This document shows positions 35,005-49,269 of a DNA stretch of 64,000 nucleotides, piece after piece. Numbering within the stretch: position 1 is the stretch's first letter; each line of letters opens with the position of its first letter. Source of the stretch: Botryllus schlosseri (Eukaryota). Made by a program: the position numbers and the translations under genes. Where the stretch lies: NCBI GenBank assembly GCA_051294905.1, contig CM119371.1:22010001-22074000 (forward strand). Reading direction: 5' to 3'. The notes below the pieces were generated by a model. It had not been told where the DNA came from and made no database searches. It saw nothing but the letters and a program-made list of their open reading frames with translations.

Positions 35005-35201
35005 CATCACATTCATGGTTTTTCAAACCTGAGTGAGCTGTTCTATGTTCTATGTGCTTCCAATGCAGTCATTGTAGTGAAGGCTTTCCCACAGATATCA
35101 CATACATCTTTTCTCTCTTCAATGTGGAATTGCAAGCGAGTTTCAATTACGTAATGACCATTGACGCATTTCCCACAGATCCAACAAGTCTTTTTAGGCA
35201 T
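35005..35201 (-). pseudogene. ZF remnant subfamily T (first two fingers then stop)
   Basis: MPKKTCWICGKCVNGHYVIETRLQFHIEERKDVCDICGKAFTTMTALEAHRT*; acceptor near 35334. Confidence 0.85.
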
Positions 35202-35789
35202 TCTTCCAGGTTACATGTAATACACTCCTTCATGCATTACACATCAACAGTTCTTTGCCTAATAACGAATATTGTTCTCTTGCATTACATAGGATATTGC
35301 ATAGAATCGAACTTGTTATTTTAGTACATCAGTCTAAAATGCAATATCATAACAGAAAAACTGATCAATGATGAATCCGTTTGACGATGAAGAAAATACT
35401 ATAAATATCAGAACAAAGAACATATGATATATTGATATGCGTCACTTTCAATGAATCCCTCACAAGTTATGAGCCTTTAACAGGTAGAGCGTCAACATGA
35501 AACAAGCATACTATGTGAACATGTTATCATCGATATTTGAAGCACAGCAAACTGTTTAACTTGCAAGTCTTAGCAGTGCGACTTCAGCATAAGAGGAGAG
35601 GAAAGAAACAAGAGAAGAAAAACCATAAAACACTTGCAAAACGCCCAGTGCAATCATTCTTCGCCCGTCTAATGAATTTAAAATGGCAAATACGGTCAAG
35701 CATACCATTGAAACACCGAACTACAGAGATGAAAGACAAATCGAAACACAAGAGGATACCATCACATATAAGAGCCACCGTGACATTAA

Positions 35790-37640
35790 CCGATTGGCGC
35801 CGGCTGCAATTTTCGAAAAATTTTACTTCAATTTTCAAAGTCGAAAAACTGTACCTTAATGGGATTGGAACACGTCAAGCAAGGTGTCGTTCGATTCAGA
35901 ACTTCAGCGCGCATCCGATTGCGCCACTCAAATCATTTCGAGCACTGTGTCTGGCCACTTATATCAAGAGCAAGCCGAGAATTCGTTGATGAGAAACGTA
36001 TTACATTTACTGTACTCTTTATAAACCTTAACATGGATATCTGGTGACATAGGCTTCTTGTGAATCATATCGGCGAGGAAATCATGATCATGGAGATAGC
36101 TCAGTCGATCTAATACGCCCTAATATCGCCATTATCTAATAGATACAATACTGACGGTTTGCACAATAAACACGCGCCAGGCCGCAGAGTGAATGAGTCA
36201 TCGGCGAGTGAGCGAGTGACGCGCGTGTATTTATTAGGTAGCGTTGCCTTCCAGGGCATTTACAAAGCTTATAGAGCACGTAAATGGGTCACTTTAGTAT
36301 TGATAAACGGAGATTGTCAAGACCTAACCATAAGGACAAACCACAAACGCATATCTTACTACTACGTAAGGTTTATGACGTTAGTTGGTAGCACTTCATA
36401 CAGACATGATACACACGTTTGCGGGGAATACACAGCGTGTAGAATTGGTCTTGTTGCGATATATACATCACTATTAGCTGTTAGTCTGATGTAGATATAA
36501 TCTTATGGACATGTACTCTCCACAGAAACAATCTAAGAATGTCTACTACCGATAAAATTCAGGATATAACACACTATGTTACAGATATTCGTCCCTGCGT
36601 TTGACACTAGTGTGGTAGTCTGCAGGAATTCTCTTCACGATTTTTAGAAGCGGCCTTGGGGTGACATAGGAATAACTAATGTTGTTTATTTTGGCCTTGA
36701 AGGTGGAGATTGGCTAGATCTATTGAAAGAGACAATCCGTAAATGCCTTTCATTACTACAACGAAAGATATATATCGTCATACGACAGCTCTTTGTATAT
36801 CCAGATGAACACTTTTGCGTAGGTATATGCGCTGAGTAATATTGTATTTATTCCGAATTATACTTGACTATTAGCCATTATTTAGAATCGTATAGGCAGC
36901 AACTATTCACAGACACAATCTATGAAGGTATATCACTATTAGAACTCGATACATATCCCGTTTTGTGACCAGTATTCATCCATCTGCTTGAAGCTGGTAC
37001 GGTAGGCTGCGAGAATTCTCTTCCCGGTTTTCAAATGCAACCTTGAGCGATGCAGACATAACTAGTATAGTTGTTTTAGCAAGAAAATCAGAAGCTGACA
37101 AGCACTATTCATAGAAACAAACTACAACAACTGGCTATGAGGAATAAAACCAAATATACGACAGGGTATATGATGGGTATCGGGAACGCGCGTTTCCACG
37201 AAATGATGCGGTCGGCGGATATCTTTGTCACGTGGCCTATCACATAGATTTATAACACCTTATATGTAACTAATATCAGATACGAAGATATGTGTGAACT
37301 TGTATGGACACTAGCTTTTCACAGAAAGAAACAACTATGCTCTAAGACGGCTAGAACAAAACATACAGTACGTTATCTGAGAGTGGTCAATGACGCGCGT
37401 GTTGCCGAGACAGTGTATTTTGCAACAAATTTATCTACGGTATTTGATATCCGATTTCGACGTCTTAGATATAATATATATCAAATAATATGGTATCAAT
37501 GAACTGGCACAAACAATATCTATCCGCAGACATGAACAGCAGCGACCTAGCACGATTAGAACGGGATATATAGTGGTTCTAATACAGTACGCTTCCCTCT
37601 AACGGCAATGGGTAAAAATACCCACGCCGGCGGGAGACGG
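35790..37640. mobile_element. piggyBac-like non-autonomous element
   Basis: TTAA duplicated at 35786-35789 and 37641-37644; imperfect TIR CCGATTGGCGCCGGC / GCCGGCGGGAGACGG; empty single-TTAA site in the paralog at 57386-57389. Confidence 0.8.
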
Positions 37641-37724
37641 TTAAATGTCAAATCACCTGCAATAACGCCAACAGCAAATGACCTGAAATAAACTTATGCA
37701 CAAACAGTCGGATACCACATACTA

Positions 37725-38653
37725 CCGTAATTTTCCAAATATAGTACGCCCCCATGCATAATACGCACCCCTAAAATAACATGTAAATTCTGGGAAAAAG
37801 CCTGTATCCATGTATAGTACGCACCCTGCATTTCAGTACATGTTCCGATTTGGTGTAAGATGTCATTCTGTTTTGCGATGTCACTCTTGAACAATCATTA
37901 CACAACGATCGCTAATCATTATACAATTAGCGGGATTGTCTTTATACGATAGTAGATAGCATCCAAAGCCTGCGAGGCGGGCGGCGCAATAGTTCAGGCT
38001 AGCGACACGACATCTTGAGCACCAGGAGACCTTTTACAGATGCGATTGCTAATCCTTATACAATTAACGGTATTGTCTCTAAACGATAGTAGATAGCAGC
38101 CAAAGCCTGCGGGGCCGGCGAAGAGTTAGTTTAGGCCAACGAACCGACATCTTGTGCACGATGCCTATTACAGATGCGATTACGCCTAGGCTAACGGTTA
38201 TGTCATGCGCAACAAGTCTGTTGGAGATGCGACTGATTACGCAAGCGATTATATCTTGCGCACATGGCCTCTTGTGTCTGTATATTGTATAAATTGCATA
38301 TGCGATTGTTCGGGCCTGTCGTTGACGCGATGAATTGGCGAGAATTGCCGCGCGCTATTGTCTATCAGTGACCTAATTTCGCTCGCGTATAAACGGCAAA
38401 CCAACTCAGCAGGAGATCGCGTGCTTTTGCACACGACTCTCGGTAATTGGCAACACGCTTCCCACTAACTACTACGCGAGATGGCTGAAAGTGATGCGCG
38501 ATTGAAAAAAAGCATGAAGATAGGTGTGATTTCAAGTTTTTTATAGAGGGAAATTTTTTTCCAAGGCTTATTGTACCAATGTACAATATGCACCCCCCTA
38601 TTTTAGGGCAAAAAATCGTGAAAATTTTGTGGATTATACATGGAAAATTATGG
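37725..38653. mobile_element. Tc1/mariner-superfamily (Tigger/pogo-like) MITE
   Basis: TIR CCGTAATTTTCCAAATATA / TATACATGGAAAATTATGG; TA duplication; empty site catacTAcatac in the paralog near 57462-57473. Confidence 0.85.
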
Positions 38654-39849
38654 TACATACCATGCTTTAAACAGCAATCTAAATCGTCGACGCACTGGCC
38701 TGCAAACAAATCAGCAAGGCACTGTATCAGCAAGGCACTGTTATGCGTCGAATAGGCCAAAGTCAGAGGGTTTGAGGGCACAACGAATTGACAACACGAT
38801 CCATTACACTGGTCAACACAATTTTTGTTGACTTTGATCAGACAATTGATCTTGACTAACTCTTGGACAGTGAATTAAAAAATAACTTCTGTTTTTCTCT
38901 ATCACGGTCCAAAAGGAGTCCGCAAAGACAAATAGGTAAAGAACCACTGCCCTAGACGGCTTCGGCGGTCTGGGGTTGTGTCTGGGCTAATGAATTACAC
39001 ATTTTCTGAATTACAACAATACTGCTAGGCAAAATGATAATTGTTCATCGTACGTTTACATACGGGGTGAAATATCACCTTCTAATGAGCAATAAAAATA
39101 GCATCGGGAATTTGTGAAGTAGAAAGTTTATAAATTCAGAATTGATGTGCACATTAATAGTACGAAATATGGCAGAAAAACTCGTCGATTTTCAAGCAGC
39201 TTTTCTCAAATCACACACTGATAGTTACCTACCACAGATGCTCATTCCCAGGACTCACATTCATTGTTCTTGACTACAGTGCAGTATTGCAAGTGCGCTG
39301 CAAAATCTTCTTTAGGAACGAAGAAAATCTCGCATATATCTCACTGATGATTTCCGGATCTATTAGGCACTTTCCTGTGTCTATTCCAGATGTCGCCAAC
39401 TCAAAAAAGGTCGCAGGCCCCTATTAAAATTTCGTAGTGTTCCCATGAATTCAATATCGATATATAATAGGCTACACAGCTTAGAAACCACGATTTAAAA
39501 CTTTATGTTACTACAACGCAGTGTTATCTTACATAGGCATTGTGCATATAGTTACCACAATAGAAGTTATGATTTATCAAGGGAATACAAATACAGCAAA
39601 AATCATGATAATCAATTTCATTCGGGCCATTGGGCGTCAAGGCCCATTCAGATCAACTGATTTTCCCTCGATGATATGCTGTTGCCAATACTTGCCATCG
39701 CTAAAGCCGTTTCGGTTAGTGAGGAATAGTAATGTTGGGCACAGGAAAAAAGTTTATTTTGAAACAAAAACAACAATATGTTGAAACTGTAAACAATTTC
39801 AGCATTTCAAAATGCTTTTCATAGCATTCTTCCGAAATCACAAATCAAG

Positions 39850-42707
39850 TCGTAGGCCGTAGAATATAACCTCGCGGGCCACATTTTGGAGACCTGGTCT
39901 ATTAAATGTACCCTTGCAATTTAACGTCTTACAGCAGATCTTGCATGCTAAGTCTTTCACAGTTTGACTGCAGTGTGAATATTGATGTGTGATGCGAACT
40001 ATGCCATTCTGACAACGGACTTCCCACAGATCTCTCAAGCGTATTTTTTTAGGCTCCAATGGTCTTTCAATAGGCCGAGATGAGTAAACGCTTTGCCACA
40101 GATCACATGGCCATAATTTTTGAAACCACAGTGTGTTATTAGATGAGTTTTCATTAAAGAGTTCGCAGCGAAAGCTACACTATACATCTCACATTTACAG
40201 TTTTCAACTTTGTATTCGTACTCGTACTTGTGTATTCATATTACTTTTTAATTGGCCAATCTGTGTAAACACTTTGCAACAGATCCCACACTTGGAGTTT
40301 TTAACTCCGGTGTTTACTAGAATATGATGCTCCATGTTTGTCTTTGAAGCGAAAGACATTCCACATATTTCACATTCATGGTTCTTGAAACCAGTATGGA
40401 TCATGAGATGTACCTTTGTAGCGAAGGACTTAACACACATCTCAGATTCTCAGTTTTTCACTCCAGTGTATATTCTCATGTCTTTTCAAGTCACTCTTCG
40501 CAGTGAACACTTTCTCACAGATCAAACTGTCATAGTTTCTTACTCAAGTATGTCTATTCATATGTCTCTTCAAGTGATGAAGACGACTAAACGCTTTCCC
40601 GCAGGCCTCACATCCATAGTTCTTCACTTCAATGTGAATATTATTGTGAGCAGCTAAAGATTGCTTCGTAAGACAGGACTTCCCGCAGATCTCACATGCG
40701 TAGTTTCTAGCTCCAAGATGTGCGTTCCAATGGTATTTCAGTATGTCGAGAGAAGTAAACGCTTTGCCACAGATCATACAGTCATAATTTTTTAAATCAC
40801 TCTGGGTTAATAAATGTGTTTTCAATGAAGAGTTCACAGTAAATGCTTTACCACACACTTCACATTTATAGTTTCTGACTCCGTCATGTGTATTCGTGTG
40901 AGTTTTCAATTGGCCAATCAGTGTAAACACTTTGCCACAGATCCCGCACTCATAGTTTTTTACTCCAGTGTGAACTCGAATGTGATGCTCTAAATTCGTC
41001 TTTGAAGTTAACGACTTTCCACATATCTCACATTCATGATTTTTGAAACCAGTGTGGATCATCATATGTGTTTTCAATGAATGCTTCTCAGTCAAGGTTT
41101 TACCACAGATCTCACAATAATGACTTTTGCTTCCTGTATGTGTATTGTGATGTTTTTTCAAATCACTGATCCGCATACAAGTCTTACCACATATCCAACA
41201 TTCATAGTTTTTTACCCCAGTATGTATATACATATGCTGTTTCAAGTTGCTGACTCGACTACAGGCACTACCACAGATCTCACATTCACAATTTCTGATT
41301 CCACTGTGAATAATCATGTGTTTTGTTAAATATTTCTTTGTAGCGAAAGACTTTCCACACATCTCACATTCATGGTTTCTCACTGCAGTGTGTGTATTCA
41401 CATGTCTTTTCAAGTCACTGTTCGCACTGAACGCTCTCCCACAGATTTCAGTCATAGTTTCTGACTCCAGTATGTTTATTCACATGTCTCTGTAAGTGAT
41501 GAAGGCGACTAAACGCTTTTCCACATGCCTCATATCCATAGTTCTTCACTGTACGGTGAATATCGATGTGCTTAGCTAACGATGCCTTTGTAAGACAGGA
41601 CTTCCCGCATATCTCACATCTGTAGTTTTCGGATCCAATATGTGCGTACCAATGGCTTTTCAATGCGCCAAGAGAAGAAAACGCTTTGCCACAGATCATG
41701 CAGTCATAATTTTTGAAACCACCGTGGGTTATTACATGTGTTTTCAATGACGAGTTCGCAGAAAATGCTTTATCACACACCTCACATTTATAATTTTCAC
41801 CTCCGTCATGTGTATTTGTGTGACGTTTCAAATGGCCAATCTGTGTAAACACTTTGCCACAGATCCCACACTCATAGTTTTTTACTCCGGTATGAACTTG
41901 AATATGATGCTCCAAGTTCGTCTTTAAAGCGAAAGATTTTCCACATATTTCACAATCATTGTTTTTGAAACCAGTGTGGATCATCATATGTCTCTTCAAT
42001 GAACACTTCTCAGTTAAGGTTTTACAACAGATCTCACAACCATGACCTTTGTTTCTTGTATGTGTATTCTGATGATTTTCCAAGTCACCGATCCGTGTAC
42101 AAGTCTTACCACAGACTCCGATATGCGTCTTCCAATGTCCATGCAATTTGCTGAACCAAGTGAACGCTTTGCCACAGATCTCGCATTCATGATTTTTTCA
42201 CATCACTGTGGGTCATCAGATGTGCTTCAAACAAAGAAATTGTAGTGAAGGCTTTCTTACACGTCTCACATTCATAGTTTTTACCTTCAATATGTATATT
42301 CCCATGACTCTTCAAGTGGCTGATGCTAGTGAATGCTTTGTCACAGATCTCACATGCATATTTCTTGTCTCCAATATGTACACTAGTTACATGTCTTGTC
42401 AATGCTGCGTTGTCAGAGAATGATTTTGCACAGATATCACATTCGTGGTTTCTGACTCCAATGTGAATATGCATGTGTCTTGCTAAGTGTGACTTAGTAG
42501 ATAATGACTTCCCACAGGTCTCACATTCGTGGAATTTGACACTGGTATGTCTGTAAACATGTCTTTTCAAGCCAACAATTGAAGTGAATGCTTTTCCACA
42601 GATTTCACATTCGGCTTTTTGTCATTAATGTCGAATCGCAGGTGACTTTTCATTCCACCATAACGATCAAAGATTTGTCCACAGATCGAACATTTGATTT
42701 TTCTCAT
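39850..42707 (-). pseudogene. C2H2 ZF pseudogene subfamily R (~30 finger units, three-fold module repetition)
   Basis: ATG at 42707 (MRKIKCSICGQIFDRYGGMKSH); 1-nt deletion near 42620 and further shifts split it into ORFs 42187-42570, 41448-42146 and 40544-41455; degenerate tail below 40540. Confidence 0.9.
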
Positions 42708-43439
42708 TCTTCCAGCATATGTGGAAATTAATTCTTCAAGCCTCACACCTCAATGGTTCTTTTTTCATCGATTTCCAACACTTGTATGGACAATTGCCGT
42801 TCTACTGTGCAGTATTTGAATTGTTATCATAGAATAGCAATCTGCAAAGCAATGTGAGAACAAATAAAATGTTTACCGATCAGTTCGAAAAAAAATCATC
42901 ATTCCAAAATAATAAAAATGATAATTAATATCATTGTCGTTGAACATATTTCAGCATCGTAATGATCAGTAACCAGATAATTAGGATATTGACCACTACG
43001 GATGTTCAACACATATTTTGAACATCGTGAATCCCATTTCTCATATTTGCCTAGGACAGGCGTTGGGAAAATGTATAGATGAATCACACGGCATATCTCG
43101 TAATTGTACATTTTGACTCAAGTCAGGTCAAGTCAAGTCACTCGATTTTCGGAGGTGACTCGAATTATTGAAGTAGCCGACAAGGCATTGTAATTTGCAA
43201 AATTATTGAAGTACTAATTGAGTCAGCATTCATTCATAACACCGGTCAACACAATTTTTGTTGGCCTTTATCAACACCTTTTTTAGTGACTTTTTGGCGC
43301 TGAATTAAAAAATGGCTTTCATTTTTCTCTATCACGTCAAGTTTTTGGGTTAGGCCCTTACCACATTGTCTCAAAAATCCAACATAATAGTACTACTTTT
43401 AATATTTTGTGTTTATTGTATAAAACGTTTCAAATCCAC

Positions 43440-45160
43440 AAGCAGCCGAAAGTAAATCAATTGACTTCAAATAAACATTTTCACTGCTTTATTTGGTCTA
43501 TTTAAACTGATATTGCTTCTGCAGGATAAATAAAGTGCGAGCTTCAGGGTCCAAATTTATGCCAATAATTCATAATTCTGTGGGTTGTCTCATATGATAC
43601 TGGAGCAATAGTCTGCTAACATGTGAAAGCTCCAATCTACTCTTGTATCGTACCTCTAACCTCTTTAGATATTATAGGACAATTTCTTCTTGCTGACTAT
43701 GCCAAGGTTTTCCAGTGACTGCGTGATCCACCCATGCCCTGACCTCCTTACAAGATTGATGAATCACTTGATAATACTATTATTAGTTGAATAATTCATA
43801 TTAATAGATGTTATTACACTTTAAATTCATATTCATAGTTGTTAATACACCTTATTACAAAATTTTCCGATGGCCGAATTCACCAAGTGCCGAGTTCACC
43901 AAGTGCCGAGTTTGTCCGGCCGAATTCACCAAGTGCCGAGTTCACTGGCAACCAATTATTTCGATACTTTAGCTTTTTTTAATGTCTCCGGTACGACATA
44001 AACATATGGAAGTGGCACATCAGGGTTACATGTGCATCCTCATTATCTGGCCACTAAGAAACACAATATTTCAAAGGTGACAGATATGATCCGATCGTGC
44101 TTGTGATATTGCAACAATTTAACCTATCTCTATTATTCACGAAGACTAACTGAGTGTGAAATTTTTACTACACTTAAGAAGTTGCCAATTTGGAGAATGT
44201 TTCACATTAGGATCCTTTTTGAGCTACCAACATACATTTGCCATTTACTTGAGTTGTTAATCAGGATTCCTAACTCCTCCAGAAACCAATGGTAACAGTA
44301 TCATGCCAAAGCCACTATCACAGCAATACACATAGCTACCGAAAGTAGCCCTATGATGAAAACGTCGTTTCTCATGATCGAAAGTGAGATATCTTCCCAA
44401 TTACCAACCATGCTAGAAGTTCCGAATATTTTTATTTCCAGTCCCAAAGCCTACGTAGGATTATTTAATTTGTGTCGATGGACTACTCTACGTTCTGAAT
44501 CATCTTCAATTTCAAAATCTTCATCATTCGGCCTGCTATCCCTAATATCATCATCTTGATTCAAATTATGTAGCGTATAGGAGTTTCAAGTTACACCAGA
44601 TAACCTGAATGGGTACATTTGAATAATAGCTGTTAGTAAACGTAATATTTATTTATTTTTGCCATATCCTGCAGATTCATCAAACATGTGTCTGAAAGAT
44701 CCTCGGATGATTACATCCTCCAACCAAAAATGGGTGAAAGCATCAGTATAGATCGATACTAGTACTTTAAACTGAGAGACGAGTACCTTCTTAATAATTC
44801 AATTAGGCCCTTAGCTATATAACTTACCATAAGATAAAATTGGGGATTTCTATACGGTATGGAAAAGTGATATGGCAAAATTCGCGAAAATTTGCATATT
44901 TTCGGCATATGCCATAGCGAAAAAACTTGACGTGATAGAAGGAAACCAGCGGAACTTTTGGAACCAGGAAGCCCAAAGTAGCCTAAATCAAGTCAAATAT
45001 CAAAGTCAACAATTCTCTGTTCGGAAATGATGCTTTTGAAACCAAGTTGGTTACTGTATCTGTATGTATAGCAATTGCGCTGTTTAACTACTAATTTGCT
45101 TCTGAGACAAATACGGTCGAGCATGGCTCATTTTGGAAATCTGTTGGATTATGTCTAGTT
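43440..45160 (-). pseudogene. possible Toll-like receptor relic (LRR-CT / TM / TIR-like)
   Basis: Stitched translation across several shifts gives a TM helix VFIIGLLSVAMCIAVIVALA(W)YCYHW followed by TIR-reminiscent ICLCRTGD...ENL..S.RRKCNIISK...DWSFH; heavily decayed. Confidence 0.35.
43717..43953. repeat. insertion with GCCGA(A/G)TTCACC tandem motifs (transposon end fragment)
   Basis: Absent at the paralogous site 60669-60671; gccgaattcaccaagt repeated about four times at 43872-43950. Confidence 0.6.
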
Positions 45161-47539
45161 AGTGAGATTTGGCGTTATGCCAAAATGTGCTGACCATGGA
45201 CACACACCAGAGCAGGGGTGTGCAAACTGCGAATCGCGAGCCGCATGCGGCTCGTTCAGCCTTTGATTGCGGTTCTTTATTGATTTCACTTGTGTTTCGC
45301 CATTTTGCAAGATAGGTCCAACCTCATTATAAATTGATGCATTCTGTCGCGAATTAACAATGTGCATTTTGTTTTCGTATCGATTCTTTTCTTGTGATTT
45401 ACCGCAATTTTCCGTCAGAATTTACACACCATTTTAAGGGTGCGTATTATATATACTATATTTGGAAAATTACTGTAAACAAAATTTAGGGGAAGGTGGC
45501 ACTATGGCTAGAACTTTGCAATTGAACTCTCGAATCGAGTTCACATAAATATTTTACTGACAACAATGTTGCCTGGTCATCAATCAATGATAAATCTGAA
45601 CTTGCTTATTGCATATTCCTACACTAGTTCATCCCAACGGTCTTTGTGCATGTTTTCCAGTAAAACTATTCGGACTAATCGTATCATGAATTCAAACCAA
45701 AGGTCGGCAGAGTCACATGATCAAGTCATATTTCAGCACGTCTCGCTCATTGGCTACAGTGCCCAACACAGTGACCTTGGATGTGTAACAACTATCGCAG
45801 GATTTTTGCAATCAATTCAACAAATATTACACATACATATCAACAGATAGCTCTAGGCACCAGGTCGACCCAAACTTATACCCTTCGAGTTCCATACTTT
45901 ATTAACCCTTGAAGAGGTGAAAATTTGTGTTACAGTAACTGGCAAATGTCAGTGTGCAAGACAGACTCTACGAGGTTGTGCGTCAGCCATCAAGCCGTGG
46001 TGCCGCCATTGGACGCTGGTCTTTCAAATGAATACATACACAACAAATTCTACAGTAACCTTCTGGAGACAGATTGCACAAATATTACAACATAAAGACT
46101 TACGCCCTGCATTAGACTGGTAATAATAAACATGTTCACATTTATTGAGCCGACTCAATAGTTGACACAGACTGGCAAACGTCTCCGGACTGGCAGTCGA
46201 GAACCACTAGTTACAGCAATGCAGTTTCCAGACTGCAAATAAGCATAACGAGTTGGCGCAATGTTTGATGGAGCTATGCACACTTCTCCCGATAGGAAAT
46301 TCTATATGGCCTGAAACTTTGATAAAATAGGGACATACATTGGTTTTTCTCTACAGCTGCTGAGTTGTTCGAAAAGCAGCCGTCACGAATCAAACAATAA
46401 ATATCTGGCCTGCTGGGTGAATACACTGACCAAAAGTGATATTCTGTACAGCCTGCAGGTATATCCGAACCTTAGCCAGAAGTGGAAGCTCTTGGTGGTT
46501 CAATTATGCATCATGATTATTCAAATTACGATTTACCTCAGTTTGTCTCTTTAGTAAACAGTGTTCACGACTTTGACGTAGCAACTTCATCGGTTCATCA
46601 AACAAATAAGGTTATAGAGCACTGTGGTGCAGTGTTGTAGGACTATGAATCACAAGTAATCTGAAGGAAACAAAATCGAATGGAGGATTGAAATTGTTGA
46701 CAAGATGCAGCAAGTGTATCACATAAATACACACAGAATTTATCAGATATTCAATCGATTTCTAAGCAAAATAGACTAAAAATAATGTGTGCTGAGATTG
46801 ACTGTTTATCATCACATCATCACAATAGATAGCGATCAATGTTGTGCCTATCATTTGTATCACAAAGCATACGGGGAACCAATTAACATCGGTTTTTTGA
46901 AGGATGCTGCATACTGCTGGAAATAGGAGATGCTACTTGCAAAAAAAAGCTGGCAGAACAACATATCACGCTATATGGAGCTTTCTATTTTAGCTCCATG
47001 AATTACCATTAATTTGAAAAAATTGAAATCTCAATAAGGAAAGAAAATGTTGACAAAATGCAGGAAGATGATGGCAGAAAAACATATTCACAAAATGGTC
47101 ACATTACAACTTGAAACAAAATTAAAAACCATATGTGCAGTCTGCTAATTACCAGATAATTTTACAAGGGATAATACATGCACAGCTTCAAATTTAAGTG
47201 AAATAAACCATAGTATTAACTCATCACATTGTGATACAACGATTTGAATATCTGCATTAAACTGCAGTGAACCCACCGCAAATTACCACAAACAACTGCT
47301 TATAGAAATTAATTCATTCTGTGAGAACCAAATTTCTCAGGTACTTATCATACGCTGTAATTGAAATGTGGAAATTCAGAAAAAAAAACATTTTCAAACA
47401 GAAACAATTAGGTGAGAATAACCACGTACAAGGAAAATTTCTGACACTGCGATAACATACATGAGCAACAGGCTTACTGACAAGACACAGCACACCACCA
47501 TTTCTAAATTCTCAGCCCAGGAATCATGTAGCACATCAT

Positions 47540-47736
47540 GCACAGATTTTACAATTATGGTTTTTCACTCCAGTATGTGTATTTCAATGTCTTTTCAAGT
47601 CGCAAAGCCAGGCAAACGCTTTCCCACAGATCTCACATTCGGTATTCCTATATTTAAGGTGGAATTGCAAATGAGTTTTCAATCCGTCATGACAATGGAA
47701 GCTCTTTCCACAGATCCAACACATATTGTTTGTCAT
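47540..47736 (-). pseudogene. ZF remnant subfamily A (two fingers then stop)
   Basis: MTNNMCWICGKSFHCHDGLKTHLQFHLKYRNTECEICGKAFAWLCDLKRH*; acceptor at 47871-47870. Confidence 0.85.
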
Positions 47737-48733
47737 TCTTCTGGATTATCTGTAAATTACTTCTTCAACTACACACATTAATCTATCTCTGATTGAAAAT
47801 GAATATTTACCAATAGCTTGTAATAAGCTATTAAATTGTATTATAATTCTTATATTATAGCAACCCAGTCTGAACACACAGAGGATAGATTGCAATAATG
47901 AATTATATTTACAATTATAATTACAAAATCCAACAAATACAAGAATACAAGAATTTTTAGGCATTGTAATGATCGGTAATCAGATAATTCAGACGGTAGT
48001 TCCATATAGATATTTCGCCTAGATTTTGGAGATCACAATTACATTTCTATTTCCCTTTCGGAAATTTGCTTTGGACAGAACATTTGCTATGTTCAGGTTT
48101 CAACTAGACCGTCTGATAGAATTCAACTGCAAGACACTGAACCGTAAAGTTACTCTGCCTTCAGCAAGTCCATCGGATGACTTACTATTACATTCCAAAC
48201 AGTTCTGGACCAACTGTGACATTATCATCACGGTTCGGCTGGGTGTTTAGGGACGAACATCTGGTTCGGAGTAAGCACCTGGCTCTGGTCACGTTAAACA
48301 CCAGCACCAATAGCACCAGCCGACAGAGGATTGTGTTTGACAATATCTTGGAGACCAGTTGTTCTTCAACATTTTTCACCACGACCCAAATCTAAGTGGT
48401 TTTGCCATTTTGCTTTCCAAGACTTGCTAATAGAAATGAATACATGTCAAATGCTAGCATGCTACACTTTATACTAGCATGTATGAAATATCGAAGGTGC
48501 GCACAGCCAGCTGTATGCAACAGAATTCTATGAAACATGTTTCATTACAATACCAATAATAGTCGTTGAAGTCACATGATATCCATCATTCAGGAAACGC
48601 TGTCAAAGATCTCACATCCATTCCTGTCGTAAATGTTCTTTCCATCAATCAAGAAATTGCGATAAAGTTATCCCCACAGATCTGAAATTCTGCTTTCTCT
48701 CTTGTGAGTTGTTGAGATTTCATTCCGCCGTTA

Positions 48734-48937
48734 CTATTGAAGCTTTTCCACAGATCGAATATATCTTAAACCAGTGTGAGCTGTTCGATGTGTTTTCATC
48801 ACAAACATTGCAGTGAAGGCTCCCTCACGGATATCACATTCATCTTTTCTCTCATCAATGTGGTATTGCAGGTGAGTTTTGATTTCGCAATGACCATTGA
48901 TACATTTCCCACAGATCCAACAAGTCTTATTTGACAT
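48734..48937 (-). pseudogene. ZF remnant subfamily T (67-aa ORF)
   Basis: MSNKTCWICGKCINGHCEIKTHLQYH...; acceptor at 49052-49051. Confidence 0.8.
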
Positions 48938-49269
48938 TCTTCAAGGTTACATGTAACATGCTTCTTCAAGCATTACACATCAACAGTTCTTTTCCCCGTA
49001 ATGATTATTGTATCTTTATTGCGCAGTGTTGTTATATTATATACATATGTCTGAAAAGCAATATCATCAGAGAAATCTAATCAATGACGCATCAGTTTGA
49101 TGATGAAAAAAATATAATTAATTCCAGAATTATCAACATATGATATATTGATAGGCATTTTCCCGAATACATGTCAGCATTGTAATGATCTGTAACCGGA
49201 CACGTAGGTAGTTATGAAGTAATCGACGCATTTTTCGTTGCGTTGCATTTGCAGAGAACGAGCAAATTC

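Larger units (their letters stand above)
35050..45869. repeat. segmental duplication, paralogous to 56575-62586
   Basis: Collinear blocks; shared right breakpoint ...taggcaccaggtcgac at 45869/62586; this copy carries extra insertions. Confidence 0.9.

Noticed and set aside
35537-35989. 150-aa ORF and its 99-aa paralog at 57137-57436
   Set aside because: The C-terminal part runs into the piggyBac-like insertion, the third copy near 50712 is frameshifted, and no domain is recognisable
45900-46720. Possible decayed plus-strand exons (AG/GT-like edges, short open stretches)
   Set aside because: No recognisable motif and no second copy to support a reading frame
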